Positions 10,919 through 20,831 of a DNA stretch of 64,000 nt are shown in pieces. Made by a program: the position numbers and the translations under genes. Origin of the DNA: Gloeobacterales cyanobacterium (lineage in GTDB: Bacteria; Cyanobacteriota; Cyanobacteriia; Gloeobacterales; PMM-0068); the NCBI GenBank assembly GCA_038245785.1, contig JBBRSB010000001.1, positions 192,001-256,000 of the forward strand, in the 5' to 3' direction. The notes under the pieces are model-generated. The model saw only the letters and a program-made list of their open reading frames with translations. It had not been told where the DNA came from and did no database searches. Within the stretch, counting starts at the first letter, position 1, and each line of letters starts with the position of its first letter.

Positions 10919-11368
10919 TTACTCCAAAAAAACCTGTCCAGAATCCAGCACACTCAGAAAGGTATTGTCGTGATCAAAGCTAAGAGCACGCTTGAAGATA
11001 ATCTGCAGTTCACCGGGTGCAGTGGCTTGGACCGTGGCATCAATCGGTCCACGGTCCGGGCGATAGAAGCTCATGTTGGTTGGAACGGGCAAACGATGCA
11101 GTGTGTATTTCGTTTTGGGAGACAAACGGCGCTCTGCCGTATCTCCCAGTACTTGATAAGTAACATCCGTACCTGTTTGGTTCACCATAGAGATGTTGAC
11201 TTGGTTCCCTGGTAGACGCACGGTTGTAGTGGGCGCTTTCAACTGATTCGGAGGGACGGGCGCGGCCTCTGGGGTTGATTGCTGGCTTTGCGCTTCGGAC
11301 CAAGCAGGCATACTCAACAAAACAAAACTACTAAGAAGCAGTAGGCTCCCGACGAAACGATTGCGCAT
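10919..11368 (-). CDS. Hypothetical secreted protein
   Basis: Likely start MRNRFVGSLLLLSSFVLLSMPAWSEA (signal peptide); avoids overlap with the PadR gene. Confidence 0.7.
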   Translation of the reverse strand: MRNRFVGSLLLLSSFVLLSMPAWSEAQSQQSTPEAAPVPPNQLKAPTTTVRLPGNQVNISMVNQTGTDVTYQVLGDTAERRLSPKTKYTLHRLPVPTNMSFYRPDRGPIDATVQATAPGELQIIFKRALSFDHDNTFLSVLDSGQVFLE

Positions 11369-11411
11369 AACAAGGATTCCTTTTCGGATTTCTATAGAAG
11401 CCGTGACCTGA

Positions 11412-11972
11412 TCATGATCTATTTTGTGCTTTCTCGACTTCAGCACGCAAGAAAGCGATCGCTTCCTCACACCAATCGACCTGGCCTCGCTCATAGTGGA
11501 GGCCACTGAGCAAGGTGAGGTATTGGAATTTCGAGGCTTGAGGGAGTGCTTCGGGATTTTGAAAATACTGTTGTCGGATATTTTGATAGATGGCTAAACG
11601 CTCTTGATGGGCCTGATAGTGCCGTTCCAGGTGCTTTAAAATCACGTTAGGAGACACGTAATCGCCTGCGTAGATTTTGACCAAAAGCTCTTCTTTTACA
11701 GGCATCAGCTCAGAGGGTTGGCAAATCCAATTGATTAGCTCCCTGCGCCCCACATCGGTCATCCGATAGAGCTTCTTATCCGGTTTTCCCGCCTGAGTGA
11801 CCGTTTCGTAGTGCAGCCAACCCAAAGCTTCCAGTTTAGTCAGCTCTCGATAAATTTGCTGATGACTGGCATTCCAGAAAAAACCAACGGACCCATCGAA
11901 GTTTTTTGCGAGGTCGTAGCCACTGCAGGCGCGATCCGAGAGGAAGGAGAGAATAGCGTGTGCCAGAGACAT
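11412..11972 (-). CDS. PadR family (AphA-like) transcriptional regulator
   Basis: MSLAHAIL...SGYDLAKNF...FFWNASHQQIYREL...KPDKKLY, followed by a helical C-terminal domain as in AphA. Confidence 0.92.
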   Translation of the reverse strand: MSLAHAILSFLSDRACSGYDLAKNFDGSVGFFWNASHQQIYRELTKLEALGWLHYETVTQAGKPDKKLYRMTDVGRRELINWICQPSELMPVKEELLVKIYAGDYVSPNVILKHLERHYQAHQERLAIYQNIRQQYFQNPEALPQASKFQYLTLLSGLHYERGQVDWCEEAIAFLRAEVEKAQNRS

Positions 11973-11984
11973 AGAAAAAAACTA

Positions 11985-12041
11985 TTGACGTATGCAATAA
12001 GTTGAATATACACTACGGACATAGTGCAATTAGTTGCATAT
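11985..12041 (+). promoter_or_regulatory. Sigma70-type promoter with two AphA/PadR-like operators
   Basis: TTGACG-18-TACACT (11985-12014); TATGCA-N6-TGAATAT (11991-12009) and GTGCA-N6-TGCATAT (12024-12041). Confidence 0.7.
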
Positions 12042-12081
12042 AAAACCTTGCCGAATACGGCCTGACAACAAGGAGAATGTT

Positions 12082-13515
12082 ATGACTACCACCCAATCAC
12101 AGCCCACAACGGGAACTTGGGCTAGCGCCATAGCGAAGCCTGCTACCGAGTTTGCCCTTACCCCCCTAGCGATGGTTTCAGGATCTATACCTACAGGATT
12201 GAAGGGCTCTCTTTATCGCAACGGTCCAGCGCGCCTAGAGCGTGGCGGACAGCGAGTAGGCCATTGGTTTGATGGCGATGGAGCGATCCTAGGAATTCAT
12301 TTCACTGAACGTGGGGCGTCAGGCGTCTATCGTTACGTCCAGACAGCTGGCTATCAGGAGGAAGAAGCGGCGGGTAGATTCCTTTTCAGTGGCTATGGCA
12401 TGTTGCCTCCTGGACCGATTTGGGAACGGTTTAGCAAAGGGACCAAAAATGCAGCGAATACTTCAGTCATGGCTCTTCCTGATAAGCTATTGGCGCTTTG
12501 GGAAGGAGGCCAACCACACGGACTGGACCTGAAAACCTTAGAAACTTTTGGCCTGGAAGATTTAGGAGCGTTATCAGGGGGCTTACCCTATTCGGCCCAC
12601 CCCAAGCGTGATTCACAGACCGGAGAAATTTTTAACTTTGGGGTTCTCCCTGGGCAAAATGCTGTGTTAAATCTTTATCGCAGTGAGGCATCCGGCAAGA
12701 TTGTGCAACAGGGATGCCTGGAATTAGAAGGGGTGCCGCTAGTCCATGATTTTGTCCTGGCCGGTCCATACTTGGTCTTTCTCGTTTCTCCCGTCCGCAT
12801 GAGTCCTCTACCTGTACTGGCTCGTCTGAAGAGTTTTAGTGATGCTCTTACCTGGCAGCCTGAAAAAGGAACCCAGATTTTGGTCTTCGACCGTAATACC
12901 CTTGCCCTTGTCAGTCGAGGGGAAACAGAACCCTGGTATCAATGGCATTTTGGCAATGGCTATCAAGAGGCTGATGGATCGCTTGTGATTGACTTCGTTC
13001 GCTATGAAGATTTCCAGACCAATCAGTTTTTGAAAGAAGTGGCATCGGGCGTTACTCAGACCGCAGCGAAAGGAACGCTTTGGCAGCTTCGCCTCAATCC
13101 GCAAACGGGCAAAGTGTTGCAGCTCCAAGAAGTCTGTGCGCGTACGGCTGAGTTTCCCTCGGTCAATCCCCGTGAAGTAGGGCAACCTTCGCGCTATACC
13201 TATCTGTCGATTCGGCGGTCTGGTGTAGATATCAGCAAGGAATTATTTAATGCCATTGGCCGCTTTGACCACCAGACAGGCACCTTGACGGAGGCAAAAC
13301 TGGGAGACCATCGTTACCCGATGGAACCGATCTATGCTCCTGATGCTATTAATCCCAATCAAGGTTGGATTCTCACCGTGGTGTTCGAGAGTAGCAGCCA
13401 GAGCAGCGAAGTCTGGATCTTCGACAGTGAACATCTAGATCAAGACCCTGTTTGTCGGATCGCTCTGCCGACAGTGATTCCCTTAGGATTCCACGGTACC
13501 TGGAATCCTGCGTAG
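12082..13515 (+). CDS. Carotenoid oxygenase (RPE65/CCD) family dioxygenase
   Basis: LYRNGP, HWFDGDG, SAHPK, VHDF, WHF, EFP and LGFHGTW give the four Fe-ligand His; AGGAG RBS before ATG 12082. Confidence 0.92.
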   Translation: MTTTQSQPTTGTWASAIAKPATEFALTPLAMVSGSIPTGLKGSLYRNGPARLERGGQRVGHWFDGDGAILGIHFTERGASGVYRYVQTAGYQEEEAAGRFLFSGYGMLPPGPIWERFSKGTKNAANTSVMALPDKLLALWEGGQPHGLDLKTLETFGLEDLGALSGGLPYSAHPKRDSQTGEIFNFGVLPGQNAVLNLYRSEASGKIVQQGCLELEGVPLVHDFVLAGPYLVFLVSPVRMSPLPVLARLKSFSDALTWQPEKGTQILVFDRNTLALVSRGETEPWYQWHFGNGYQEADGSLVIDFVRYEDFQTNQFLKEVASGVTQTAAKGTLWQLRLNPQTGKVLQLQEVCARTAEFPSVNPREVGQPSRYTYLSIRRSGVDISKELFNAIGRFDHQTGTLTEAKLGDHRYPMEPIYAPDAINPNQGWILTVVFESSSQSSEVWIFDSEHLDQDPVCRIALPTVIPLGFHGTWNPA

Positions 13516-13537
13516 AGCTTATTTGCCAGTACACGCC

Positions 13538-13560
13538 CCCGTTCGGCTGACGCTCAGGGA
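13538..13560. repeat. Short dispersed repeat, stem-TTCGRC(N2-4)GCTCA-stem
   Basis: cccgTTCGGCtgacGCTCAggg; related copies at 41675-41693 and 51394-51419. Confidence 0.6.
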
Positions 13561-13717
13561 AGCCTAAATTCCCCCGAATTGGGGGGCAGGGGAGCGGGGG
13601 GATCTCAGAGATTGACACAGGAATGAGATGCCTATGACAAGAGGGTTATATGACCCTAGTCAGGGAATCATACATAATGGTTATCACGCACGTGAAATGT
13701 CCTGTGAGTCCGAACAT

Positions 13718-14596
13718 ATGAATAATGCTTCTACCTCCTTCGGGACGGGAGTGTCGCCTAAAGCAGGAGATACTCCGTCTTCTCCCATAGCTGATTTTTA
13801 TCAAGAAACGTCTGCCTTAACGCGCCGTTTGTTTATTCAATTGAAGCGTCGGCCGACCACGCTGATTGCCGGAATTATCCAGCCTCTGGTCTTTTTGATT
13901 CTGTTCGGAGCCCTTTTTCAAGGGGCACCAAAGGGGACTTTTGTCCCTGGGGATAGCTACCTAGAGTTTTTAGCAGCAGGCATCATTGTCTTTACGGCCT
14001 TTGGCGGAGCCCTGAATTCTGGGGTAGCGATCATCTTTGACCGAGAATTTGGTTTTTTGAACCGGATTCTTGTAGCACCGCTGACAACACGCTTTGCGAT
14101 TGTGATGGCTTCAGCGATTTTCATCATTTTCTTGAGTTTAGTGCAAACTGCCGCTGTCCTGGCGCTGAGTCTCGTTTTAGGAGCCAAGTTTGCTGCAGGG
14201 ATTGGAGGACTCTTTGTGCTCACCTTAGCAATCGGCCTGTTGGTTTTGGGCTTTACGGCTTTGAGCCTGGGTTTAGCCTTTGGCATGCCTGGTCACGTAG
14301 AGATGTTGGCCCTAATCTTTGTTGTCAACTTGCCTCTGCTTTTTGCCAGCACGGCCCTGGCTCCAATTACCTTTATGCCTTCCTGGCTGCAGGTCGTCGT
14401 CAGCCTCAATCCCCTAACCCACGCAATCGAGCCTGTCCGCTATCTCTACACGAATAGCGATTGGAGCTGGACCACTACGATGTTCCAAGCGCCTTGGGGG
14501 GCAATGTCTCTAGAAGCTTGCCTATTCGCTTTGTTGATTTTTGATTTAGTTGCCGTCGGTCTTTCGGGTCTACTGATTAAAAAGGCCCTAGGCTAG
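13718..14596 (+). CDS. ABC-2 type permease (Ycf38-like)
   Basis: ETSALTRRLFIQLKRRPTTLIAGIIQP, DREFGFLNRILVAP and LNPLTHAIE; about six TM segments. Start codon uncertain. Confidence 0.85.
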   Translation: MNNASTSFGTGVSPKAGDTPSSPIADFYQETSALTRRLFIQLKRRPTTLIAGIIQPLVFLILFGALFQGAPKGTFVPGDSYLEFLAAGIIVFTAFGGALNSGVAIIFDREFGFLNRILVAPLTTRFAIVMASAIFIIFLSLVQTAAVLALSLVLGAKFAAGIGGLFVLTLAIGLLVLGFTALSLGLAFGMPGHVEMLALIFVVNLPLLFASTALAPITFMPSWLQVVVSLNPLTHAIEPVRYLYTNSDWSWTTTMFQAPWGAMSLEACLFALLIFDLVAVGLSGLLIKKALG

Positions 14597-15328
14597 TTCT
14601 GCGAGGCCTATATAATTAATCCCTGCTGCCGTAGGTTGAAAGCGATAGGGCAGTATTTTTACGCCTACTTCTAAGGCTTGAAGGAATAGCTTCCCATAGC
14701 GGGGATCGGCTTGCGCTCCAGGAGTAAATCGTTCGCAGTCCTGTCGATTGATAAAGAATATAAGGATTGCTTCCTGACCGGATTGGACCACTTCCATCAG
14801 CTCCTCCAGGTGTTTCTGGCCTCTAGTGGTGACCGTATCGGGAAACAGAGCGGTTCTCGGGTTACTCTTGCCATCGGTCCATGTCGTATTTTTTATTTCT
14901 ACATAGACCTGTTGACCATCAGCACGGGTCAGCCGATAGTCTATCCGGCTTTTTTGAGAACCGTAGGGAACTTCTCGCTCAATCTTGATATATTCCCCTA
15001 GTTCGGAAAAGGCTTGTTTTTCTAAGCCTAAGCCAATGATTTTATTAGGCAGGTTCGTGTTGATGCCTACCCACGTTTCATCCACCTGAATCAATTCCCA
15101 GGTGTAGGCTAGTTTGCGATTTGGATTATCCGATTCGGATAGCAGGACAGGCGAGCCCATAGTACTTACGCCTGTCATCGGCCCTGTATTTGGACAATGA
15201 GCTGTTACTAAAGAACCATCGGTCAATTCCACTTCTGCGAAAAAGCGCTTGTAGCGTTTGACTAAACGTCCTTCAAGCAAAGGAGGGAACGTGTAGAGGG
15301 GAGTGTAAGGAGATGTAGAAAGTATCAT
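14588..15328 (-). CDS. sfsA: DNA/RNA nuclease SfsA
   Basis: KRYKRFFA, AHCPNTGPM, SRIDY, YVEIK and FPDTVTTRGQKHL motifs. Confidence 0.95.
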   Translation of the reverse strand: MILSTSPYTPLYTFPPLLEGRLVKRYKRFFAEVELTDGSLVTAHCPNTGPMTGVSTMGSPVLLSESDNPNRKLAYTWELIQVDETWVGINTNLPNKIIGLGLEKQAFSELGEYIKIEREVPYGSQKSRIDYRLTRADGQQVYVEIKNTTWTDGKSNPRTALFPDTVTTRGQKHLEELMEVVQSGQEAILIFFINRQDCERFTPGAQADPRYGKLFLQALEVGVKILPYRFQPTAAGINYIGLAELA

Positions 15329-15335
15329 TCCCTTT

Positions 15336-16307
15336 TCATCTTTCTCCTCTGTTCCGGTCCGGTTTCGCGTCGAAAGCCTCATAAGCTTCTACAATCCTCA
15401 TGACCAGGGGATGGCGGACCACATCGCTGCTGTCAAACATACAGAAAGAAATCCCTTGGACCTTACTGAGGACCTGACGTGCTAGCGCTAGGCCAGAGGC
15501 TCTACCGACCAAGTCTGTTTGAGTGAGGTCGCCATTGACCACCATCTTGGAACCAAAACCCAGACGGGTGAGGACCATTTTCATTTGTTCGGGAGTAGCA
15601 TTTTGGGCTTCATCCAAAATCACAAAGGCCCGATTTAAGGTGCGACCGCGCATGTAGGCCAAAGGAGCCACTTCTACAACACCCCGTTCCATCAATTTGG
15701 GCAACTGTTCAGGGTCAATGAATTCATAGAGCGCATCATAAAGAGGCCGCAGGTAGGGATTTACTTTGGCCTGCAAATCGCCTGGCAAAAAGCCCAGCTT
15801 TTCTCCCGCTTCCACGGCTGGTCGGGTAAGGATAATCCGTTCCACCCGTTCTTCTTTCAAGGCTCTAAACGCTTGAACGGCAGCCAGATAGGTCTTTCCC
15901 GTTCCCGCAGGCCCCAGGCCAAAGGTCAAATCGTGGTAGAGAATCGACTGAACATAGCGCCATTGCTTGAGAGTCCGGGCCCGAATGATATCTCCCCGGC
16001 GGTTATGAGCCAAGGGTGTCCGGAGCATTGTCAAAAATTCTTCCTGCTGTCCAGTGAGAATCGCTTCTTTAGCACTCAGCATCTCAGGCCGACCGAGGTT
16101 CCCACCTTCCTTCCACAGGTCGCGCAGGAGGTAAACAATTTCTTCTGCAAGGGCTTGCCCTTCTTCACTGCCCGACAGAATCAGTTCTAAACCGCGCAGC
16201 GTTACCTGAACCTCCGCTTCTTTGCCCAGAATCGCCAGATTTTCTTGACCAAGGCCGGAAAGACTAACAGCACTCTGGGAACTCGGCAAGGCTAGGGTTT
16301 TGGTCAT
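15336..16307 (-). CDS. phoH: PhoH family ATPase
   Basis: GPAGTGKT, LTRPAVEAGEKLGFLPG, PLAYMRGRTL and DEAQN motifs. Confidence 0.95.
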   Translation of the reverse strand: MTKTLALPSSQSAVSLSGLGQENLAILGKEAEVQVTLRGLELILSGSEEGQALAEEIVYLLRDLWKEGGNLGRPEMLSAKEAILTGQQEEFLTMLRTPLAHNRRGDIIRARTLKQWRYVQSILYHDLTFGLGPAGTGKTYLAAVQAFRALKEERVERIILTRPAVEAGEKLGFLPGDLQAKVNPYLRPLYDALYEFIDPEQLPKLMERGVVEVAPLAYMRGRTLNRAFVILDEAQNATPEQMKMVLTRLGFGSKMVVNGDLTQTDLVGRASGLALARQVLSKVQGISFCMFDSSDVVRHPLVMRIVEAYEAFDAKPDRNRGER

Positions 16308-16317
16308 AAGGCTTAAT

Positions 16318-16569
16318 TTATCCCCCACTCACAGGAGGGATAAACACAATTTCATCTCCGGCCTGGATTACGGTTTGTGCATCAACAAAAACTTGATTGA
16401 CCCCGTAGCGCGTTTGGTCCTGCCAACGCGATAGTTGGGGTTTCTGTTGAACGAGAATCTGCTGCACCTGCTGTACAGTAGTGCCCACAGGAACGGACAG
16501 AGCCAGTTCGCTAAGTTCAAAGGCTTCCCGGTAGGCTGCGAACAGCCTAACAGTCACGTTCATAACCAT
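16318..16569 (-). CDS. moaD: Molybdopterin synthase sulfur carrier
   Basis: VRLFAAYRE and C-terminal IPPVSGG. Confidence 0.9.
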   Translation of the reverse strand: MVMNVTVRLFAAYREAFELSELALSVPVGTTVQQVQQILVQQKPQLSRWQDQTRYGVNQVFVDAQTVIQAGDEIVFIPPVSGG

Positions 16570-16573
16570 AAGC

Positions 16574-17296
16574 CTAGGCCGGATTTTTGGGAGCCTCTGG
16601 AGGGGCCTCAGGCAAAGATTTAGGGGCTTCGGTGGCAGGCAACATTCCCATAGAGGCTTTGAGCGCTGCGAGATCGTCCTCGACCCCTCCAGCCTGCAGG
16701 GATTTAAACTTGTCTTCTAGATTATCTGTAGACAGTTCACCAATCGCCGCAGAACGAGCTTCCAGGTCCGATACTTTCTGCTCCATCCGCTCAAAAGTGC
16801 CATAGGAAGAACTGGTGCTTACCCGACCCAGCACTTCATTGATTTGTTCAGAAGCCTTGGCAGAACGGGCGCGAGCAACCAAGAGGTCTTTCTTCGCTTT
16901 TGCTTCGGATAGTTTGCCTTCTAAAGCCGTTAGATTTTGACGCAATTTCTGGACTTGCTCTTTTTGCGTCGCCCACTGAGTCTCTAGGCCAACTACGGTT
17001 TCTGCATAGCCTTTCTTACGAGTTAGAGCTTCACGGGCCAAATCTTCTTCATTCTTGGATAAAGCTAGAGCTGCGCGCTGCTGCCATTGGTCAGACTGGG
17101 CTCTATTCTGTACCAGCTGCTGCTCGACCCGCTTTTCGCCCGCAATCGCTTGGGCTACAGCCTGGCGCAGAGAAACCAAATCTTCCTGCATGTCTTCGAC
17201 ACTTTGTTCCAACATCTTTTCTGGGTCTTCAGCACCAGACACTAAGGAATTGAGGTTTGATTTGATGACAGTGCCAATGCGGTCAAACAGTCCCAT
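16574..17296 (-). CDS. PspA/IM30 (Vipp1-like) protein
   Basis: MGLFDRIGTVIKSNLN..AEDPEKMLEQ, EDLAREAL and FERMEQKV coiled coils. Confidence 0.93.
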   Translation of the reverse strand: MGLFDRIGTVIKSNLNSLVSGAEDPEKMLEQSVEDMQEDLVSLRQAVAQAIAGEKRVEQQLVQNRAQSDQWQQRAALALSKNEEDLAREALTRKKGYAETVVGLETQWATQKEQVQKLRQNLTALEGKLSEAKAKKDLLVARARSAKASEQINEVLGRVSTSSSYGTFERMEQKVSDLEARSAAIGELSTDNLEDKFKSLQAGGVEDDLAALKASMGMLPATEAPKSLPEAPPEAPKNPA

Positions 17297-17376
17297 AGCT
17301 TGCTCCTGTAGTCAGAAAAAGAATCACTCTTGCTTTATAAGCTTACTCTTTAGACTGTGCTGTTGCCCAGTCTTTA

Positions 17377-19680
17377 TTATGAAGAACTTACCACCGCTAC
17401 GGGACAGGTAGCTTGGTTTAAGATGCCATCTACCCGATGTCCAAAGAACGCCCGCCCACTAATCGGTCTCAGGTTACTACCCATCACAATCAGGTCATAG
17501 CCGTCCTGATTAGCTAAACGGATGATTTCAGCTTCTGGAGAAATGCCTTCCAAAAGAGTGGTCTCCACTTCTGCACCTAATTTGCGGGCAAGGTCTGCTT
17601 GTCTATCAACAATTTGCTGACCGATTTCCCTCATCGGGTCTATATTGCGACGGTCCATCAGCACATTGTCCACCTGCGGACGGCTAACGACATGGACCAC
17701 AGTCAGTAAAGCTCCTACGCTAGCGGCAATCACGGCAGCAATTTCAACAGCATGCTTGCTATATTCTGTGCCCACTGTCGGTACCAAGATTCGGCGCAGG
17801 GATTGGGTTTCTACCAGGTCACAATATTCGCCCATGGGCAGGTGGGATTTCACAATCAACATGGCACAGGGCGCATCCTGAACCACGCGGTCCACCAAGT
17901 TGCTGAACAGGGCTTCGCTGCCGTACTTCCAGACTTCTGTCCGTTTCTGGGTTTCCGTCGCCCCCATCACCACCAAGTCATAGCCCTTGCTAGCTTCTGC
18001 CAAAATCACTTCAGCAGCATTTTTACCAGCCTCTACCCGTACTTCTGGATCCGGTCCTTCGATCAGTTTGAGTTCTTCTCGAATATTTTCAATCGCAATC
18101 TGAGCCCCATCTCCCTCTAGGAGCGCTGATTTAGGCTTCCAGAACTGCCAGGAGGGCGCTTGCAAAGCCTGGTTTGTGGCATAGAGTGCAGTTACTTGAA
18201 TCGGTTGCTGGTGGCTAAGATGACCCACCAGTTGGGCCGCCAACTGCACGTTGCTGCCTCCTCTAGAAGGCAACAGCACGCGGTTGATAGAACGGACGAA
18301 GCTAGTCTCTGCCATTTTCTCCCGTTCCAGACGTTCGGCCTCTTCCTTCCCAATCTCCACATGGCTCAAAGCCCAGCGCAGCAGAGGTGGAGCCATCAGG
18401 GAGGTAACAATGGCGACCATGACGATGATCGAATACATCTCCAAATTCAGAACGCCTAAGCCTAAGCCCACGGTTGCAACGATGATCTCCATTGCTCCCC
18501 GAGCATTCATGCCAGAGCCCATGGCGATGCGCTCCCAGTGGGAGAGCCCCCCAGCCCAAGCTCCTAGGTAAACCCCGACAAATTTTCCAATGCAGGCAAT
18601 AGCCAGGACCAATAAGCCAATCGTCAAAACTTGGGGATCCAAAAGGCGCAGCAAGTTTACCTTCAGGCCAGCGGAAGCAAAGAAAATCGGAGCCAGAAAT
18701 CCTGCTGTGACCATTTCTAAGGTGTGGCCCACCTCTGGACGGAAACGAGGTGCTTGACCAGCCAAGATCCCAACGACAAAAGCACCTAAGACCGCTTCGA
18801 TACCCATCTCATGGGTGAAAGTAGCAACGCCAAAGGCCATAACCAGGATGACGGAAAGTTGGGCCATCGTCCCGCCCACGACTTTATCGACAAAAGCAAT
18901 GATCTGAGCTACCACCGTCCGCCCGATGGTGAAAGCAATGCCCAAGAAAAGCACTGCTCCTCCGACAGAACGTCCTGCAGAGAGGAGGTCCACACTGCCA
19001 CTGGTCGCCAAACCAGCCACAACAGAGAGCAAAATCCAGCCAATCGTGTCGTCTGTCATTGCTGCAGCCAGCGTGACCTGACCAATATCCCGCCGGATCA
19101 GCTTTAAATCCATGAGCACCTTCGCGATTACGGGTACCGCTGAAATACTCATCGCCACGGCCATGAATAAACTAAAAACTAGACGCCGTTCTGGATTGGC
19201 GAGAAAAGCATCGGGCAGGAGATAACCTAGGCCCAATCCGGTGATAAAAGGCACGACAATCCCACCGAGCGAGATCATCAAGGCTGACTTGCCTTTGCGG
19301 ACGATCAGATTGAGGTCTGTTTCCAAGCCCGTGACAATTAACAGGAACAACACGCCAACCCAAGAGACTACCGATAGCAAATCCGCTTGGGCTTGAATCT
19401 TCGGAAATATCTCGGCTTGGAGCTGTGGCAGGAGCAGTCCTAAAATAGAAGGTCCCAGAATCACCCCAGCCATGAGTTCGCCCACTACCGGAGGCTGGTT
19501 GATCTTTCGCATCCATTCACCCAAGCCACGGGCTACGGCCAAAAGTACACAGATTTGCAAAAGCAATAGGAACAGAGCTTCATGACTAAGGGCTTTGAGT
19601 ACCTTAGGGGCAGCCTGTGCAGTCTCTGCAGAGAGCAAGACGGGGAAAAACTCGAGCATAGTTAGCCTCGTGAGGAGCAT
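17377..19680 (-). CDS. CPA2 cation:proton antiporter with two C-terminal universal stress protein domains
   Basis: PPVVGELMAGVILGP, AAAMTDD and GMNARG motifs; two USP domains (VLLP..YDLVVMGA..APCAMLIV; ILVPT..YDLIVMGS..ATCPVAVV). Confidence 0.9.
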   Translation of the reverse strand: MLLTRLTMLEFFPVLLSAETAQAAPKVLKALSHEALFLLLLQICVLLAVARGLGEWMRKINQPPVVGELMAGVILGPSILGLLLPQLQAEIFPKIQAQADLLSVVSWVGVLFLLIVTGLETDLNLIVRKGKSALMISLGGIVVPFITGLGLGYLLPDAFLANPERRLVFSLFMAVAMSISAVPVIAKVLMDLKLIRRDIGQVTLAAAMTDDTIGWILLSVVAGLATSGSVDLLSAGRSVGGAVLFLGIAFTIGRTVVAQIIAFVDKVVGGTMAQLSVILVMAFGVATFTHEMGIEAVLGAFVVGILAGQAPRFRPEVGHTLEMVTAGFLAPIFFASAGLKVNLLRLLDPQVLTIGLLVLAIACIGKFVGVYLGAWAGGLSHWERIAMGSGMNARGAMEIIVATVGLGLGVLNLEMYSIIVMVAIVTSLMAPPLLRWALSHVEIGKEEAERLEREKMAETSFVRSINRVLLPSRGGSNVQLAAQLVGHLSHQQPIQVTALYATNQALQAPSWQFWKPKSALLEGDGAQIAIENIREELKLIEGPDPEVRVEAGKNAAEVILAEASKGYDLVVMGATETQKRTEVWKYGSEALFSNLVDRVVQDAPCAMLIVKSHLPMGEYCDLVETQSLRRILVPTVGTEYSKHAVEIAAVIAASVGALLTVVHVVSRPQVDNVLMDRRNIDPMREIGQQIVDRQADLARKLGAEVETTLLEGISPEAEIIRLANQDGYDLIVMGSNLRPISGRAFFGHRVDGILNQATCPVAVVSSS

Positions 19681-19994
19681 CTATAAAGAAAAACTTGGAA
19701 TTGTGAAAACTGGCTAGAAACGATGCATAAGCCACAATGTATCACGGGTTCCCGAATCGCACCTATAAGCCGTGATCCAAGAGAAGTCCTAACTCAAGCA
19801 CCGCACACTATTAGATCCGGCTAAGCATTTAATAATTCTTCTATTCTTTTCATATATTTGCTTAGGGAAGGCAAGGATAGCTAATAGATAAGATAGCTCC
19901 ACTCCCTATGGGCATTGAGTATCTGGATATACATTTCAACTAGTTCTATCTCCAAAGTTAGAGGATGGATAAATTGTATTTTCTCTTTTAATTA

Positions 19995-20801
19995 TTAATT
20001 ACTACTGTCTACAGCCTTACGTAAGGCTGTGCAGAATTGTGACGTTTCATACACACGCTCTTCTGGTTTAGCTTCCGCTAATTTCCGAACAAAGGCAGAG
20101 CCTACAATCACGCCGTCAGCACCCAAATCCACCACTTGCCGGGCTTGCTCCGGGCTGGAAATACCGAATCCAACACAAACGGGCAGGTCCGTCAGCCCTT
20201 GCAGGTGTTGAATTAAGGGTTGGAGTTGACTGGAAACTTCCGTTCGTACACCCGTTACGCCTGTGACACTGACGAGATAAACAAACCCGCGAGCTTGCTG
20301 CACAATTTTTTCCATACGTTCTATCGGACTGGTTGGAGCCACTAGCTGAATAACATCGATGCCCCTGGCTTTAGCAGCGTGCACCAGAGGATCTGACTCT
20401 TCTAGAGGCAAGTCTGGAACTACTAATCCCTTCGCTCCCGCTTGGGCAATTTTGTCGAGAAATGGTTCAATCCCCAGAGATAGTACCGGATTGTAGTAGC
20501 TAAATAAAATCAAAGGTGCTTTCAGTTTTGGGGTGACCCGTGCTACTAGAGCTAGAACCTCTTTAAGGGTTGTGCCTTTTTGCAAGGCGCGGGTAGATGC
20601 CGCTTGAATCACTGGACCATCGGCTAAAGGATCACTATAAGGAATACCTAGTTCAATCAGGTCTGCCCCGGCCTGGTCTAGAGCCAAGAGCGCGGCTTCG
20701 GTAGTCGCCAAGTCTGGGTCACCCGCCGTCAAGAAAGGAATCAGCGCTTTTTGCTGAAGGACCTTGAGATGGGCAAAGTGTTCACTGATAGATACAGCCA
20801 T
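19995..20801 (-). CDS. trpA: Tryptophan synthase alpha chain
   Basis: FLTAGDP, ELGIPYSDPLADGPVIQ, VGFGIS and ADGVIVGSA motifs. Confidence 0.97.
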   Translation of the reverse strand: MAVSISEHFAHLKVLQQKALIPFLTAGDPDLATTEAALLALDQAGADLIELGIPYSDPLADGPVIQAASTRALQKGTTLKEVLALVARVTPKLKAPLILFSYYNPVLSLGIEPFLDKIAQAGAKGLVVPDLPLEESDPLVHAAKARGIDVIQLVAPTSPIERMEKIVQQARGFVYLVSVTGVTGVRTEVSSQLQPLIQHLQGLTDLPVCVGFGISSPEQARQVVDLGADGVIVGSAFVRKLAEAKPEERVYETSQFCTALRKAVDSSN

Positions 20802-20831
20802 AGCGCCAGAGTGAAAAGCAAAGCCTAGTGT

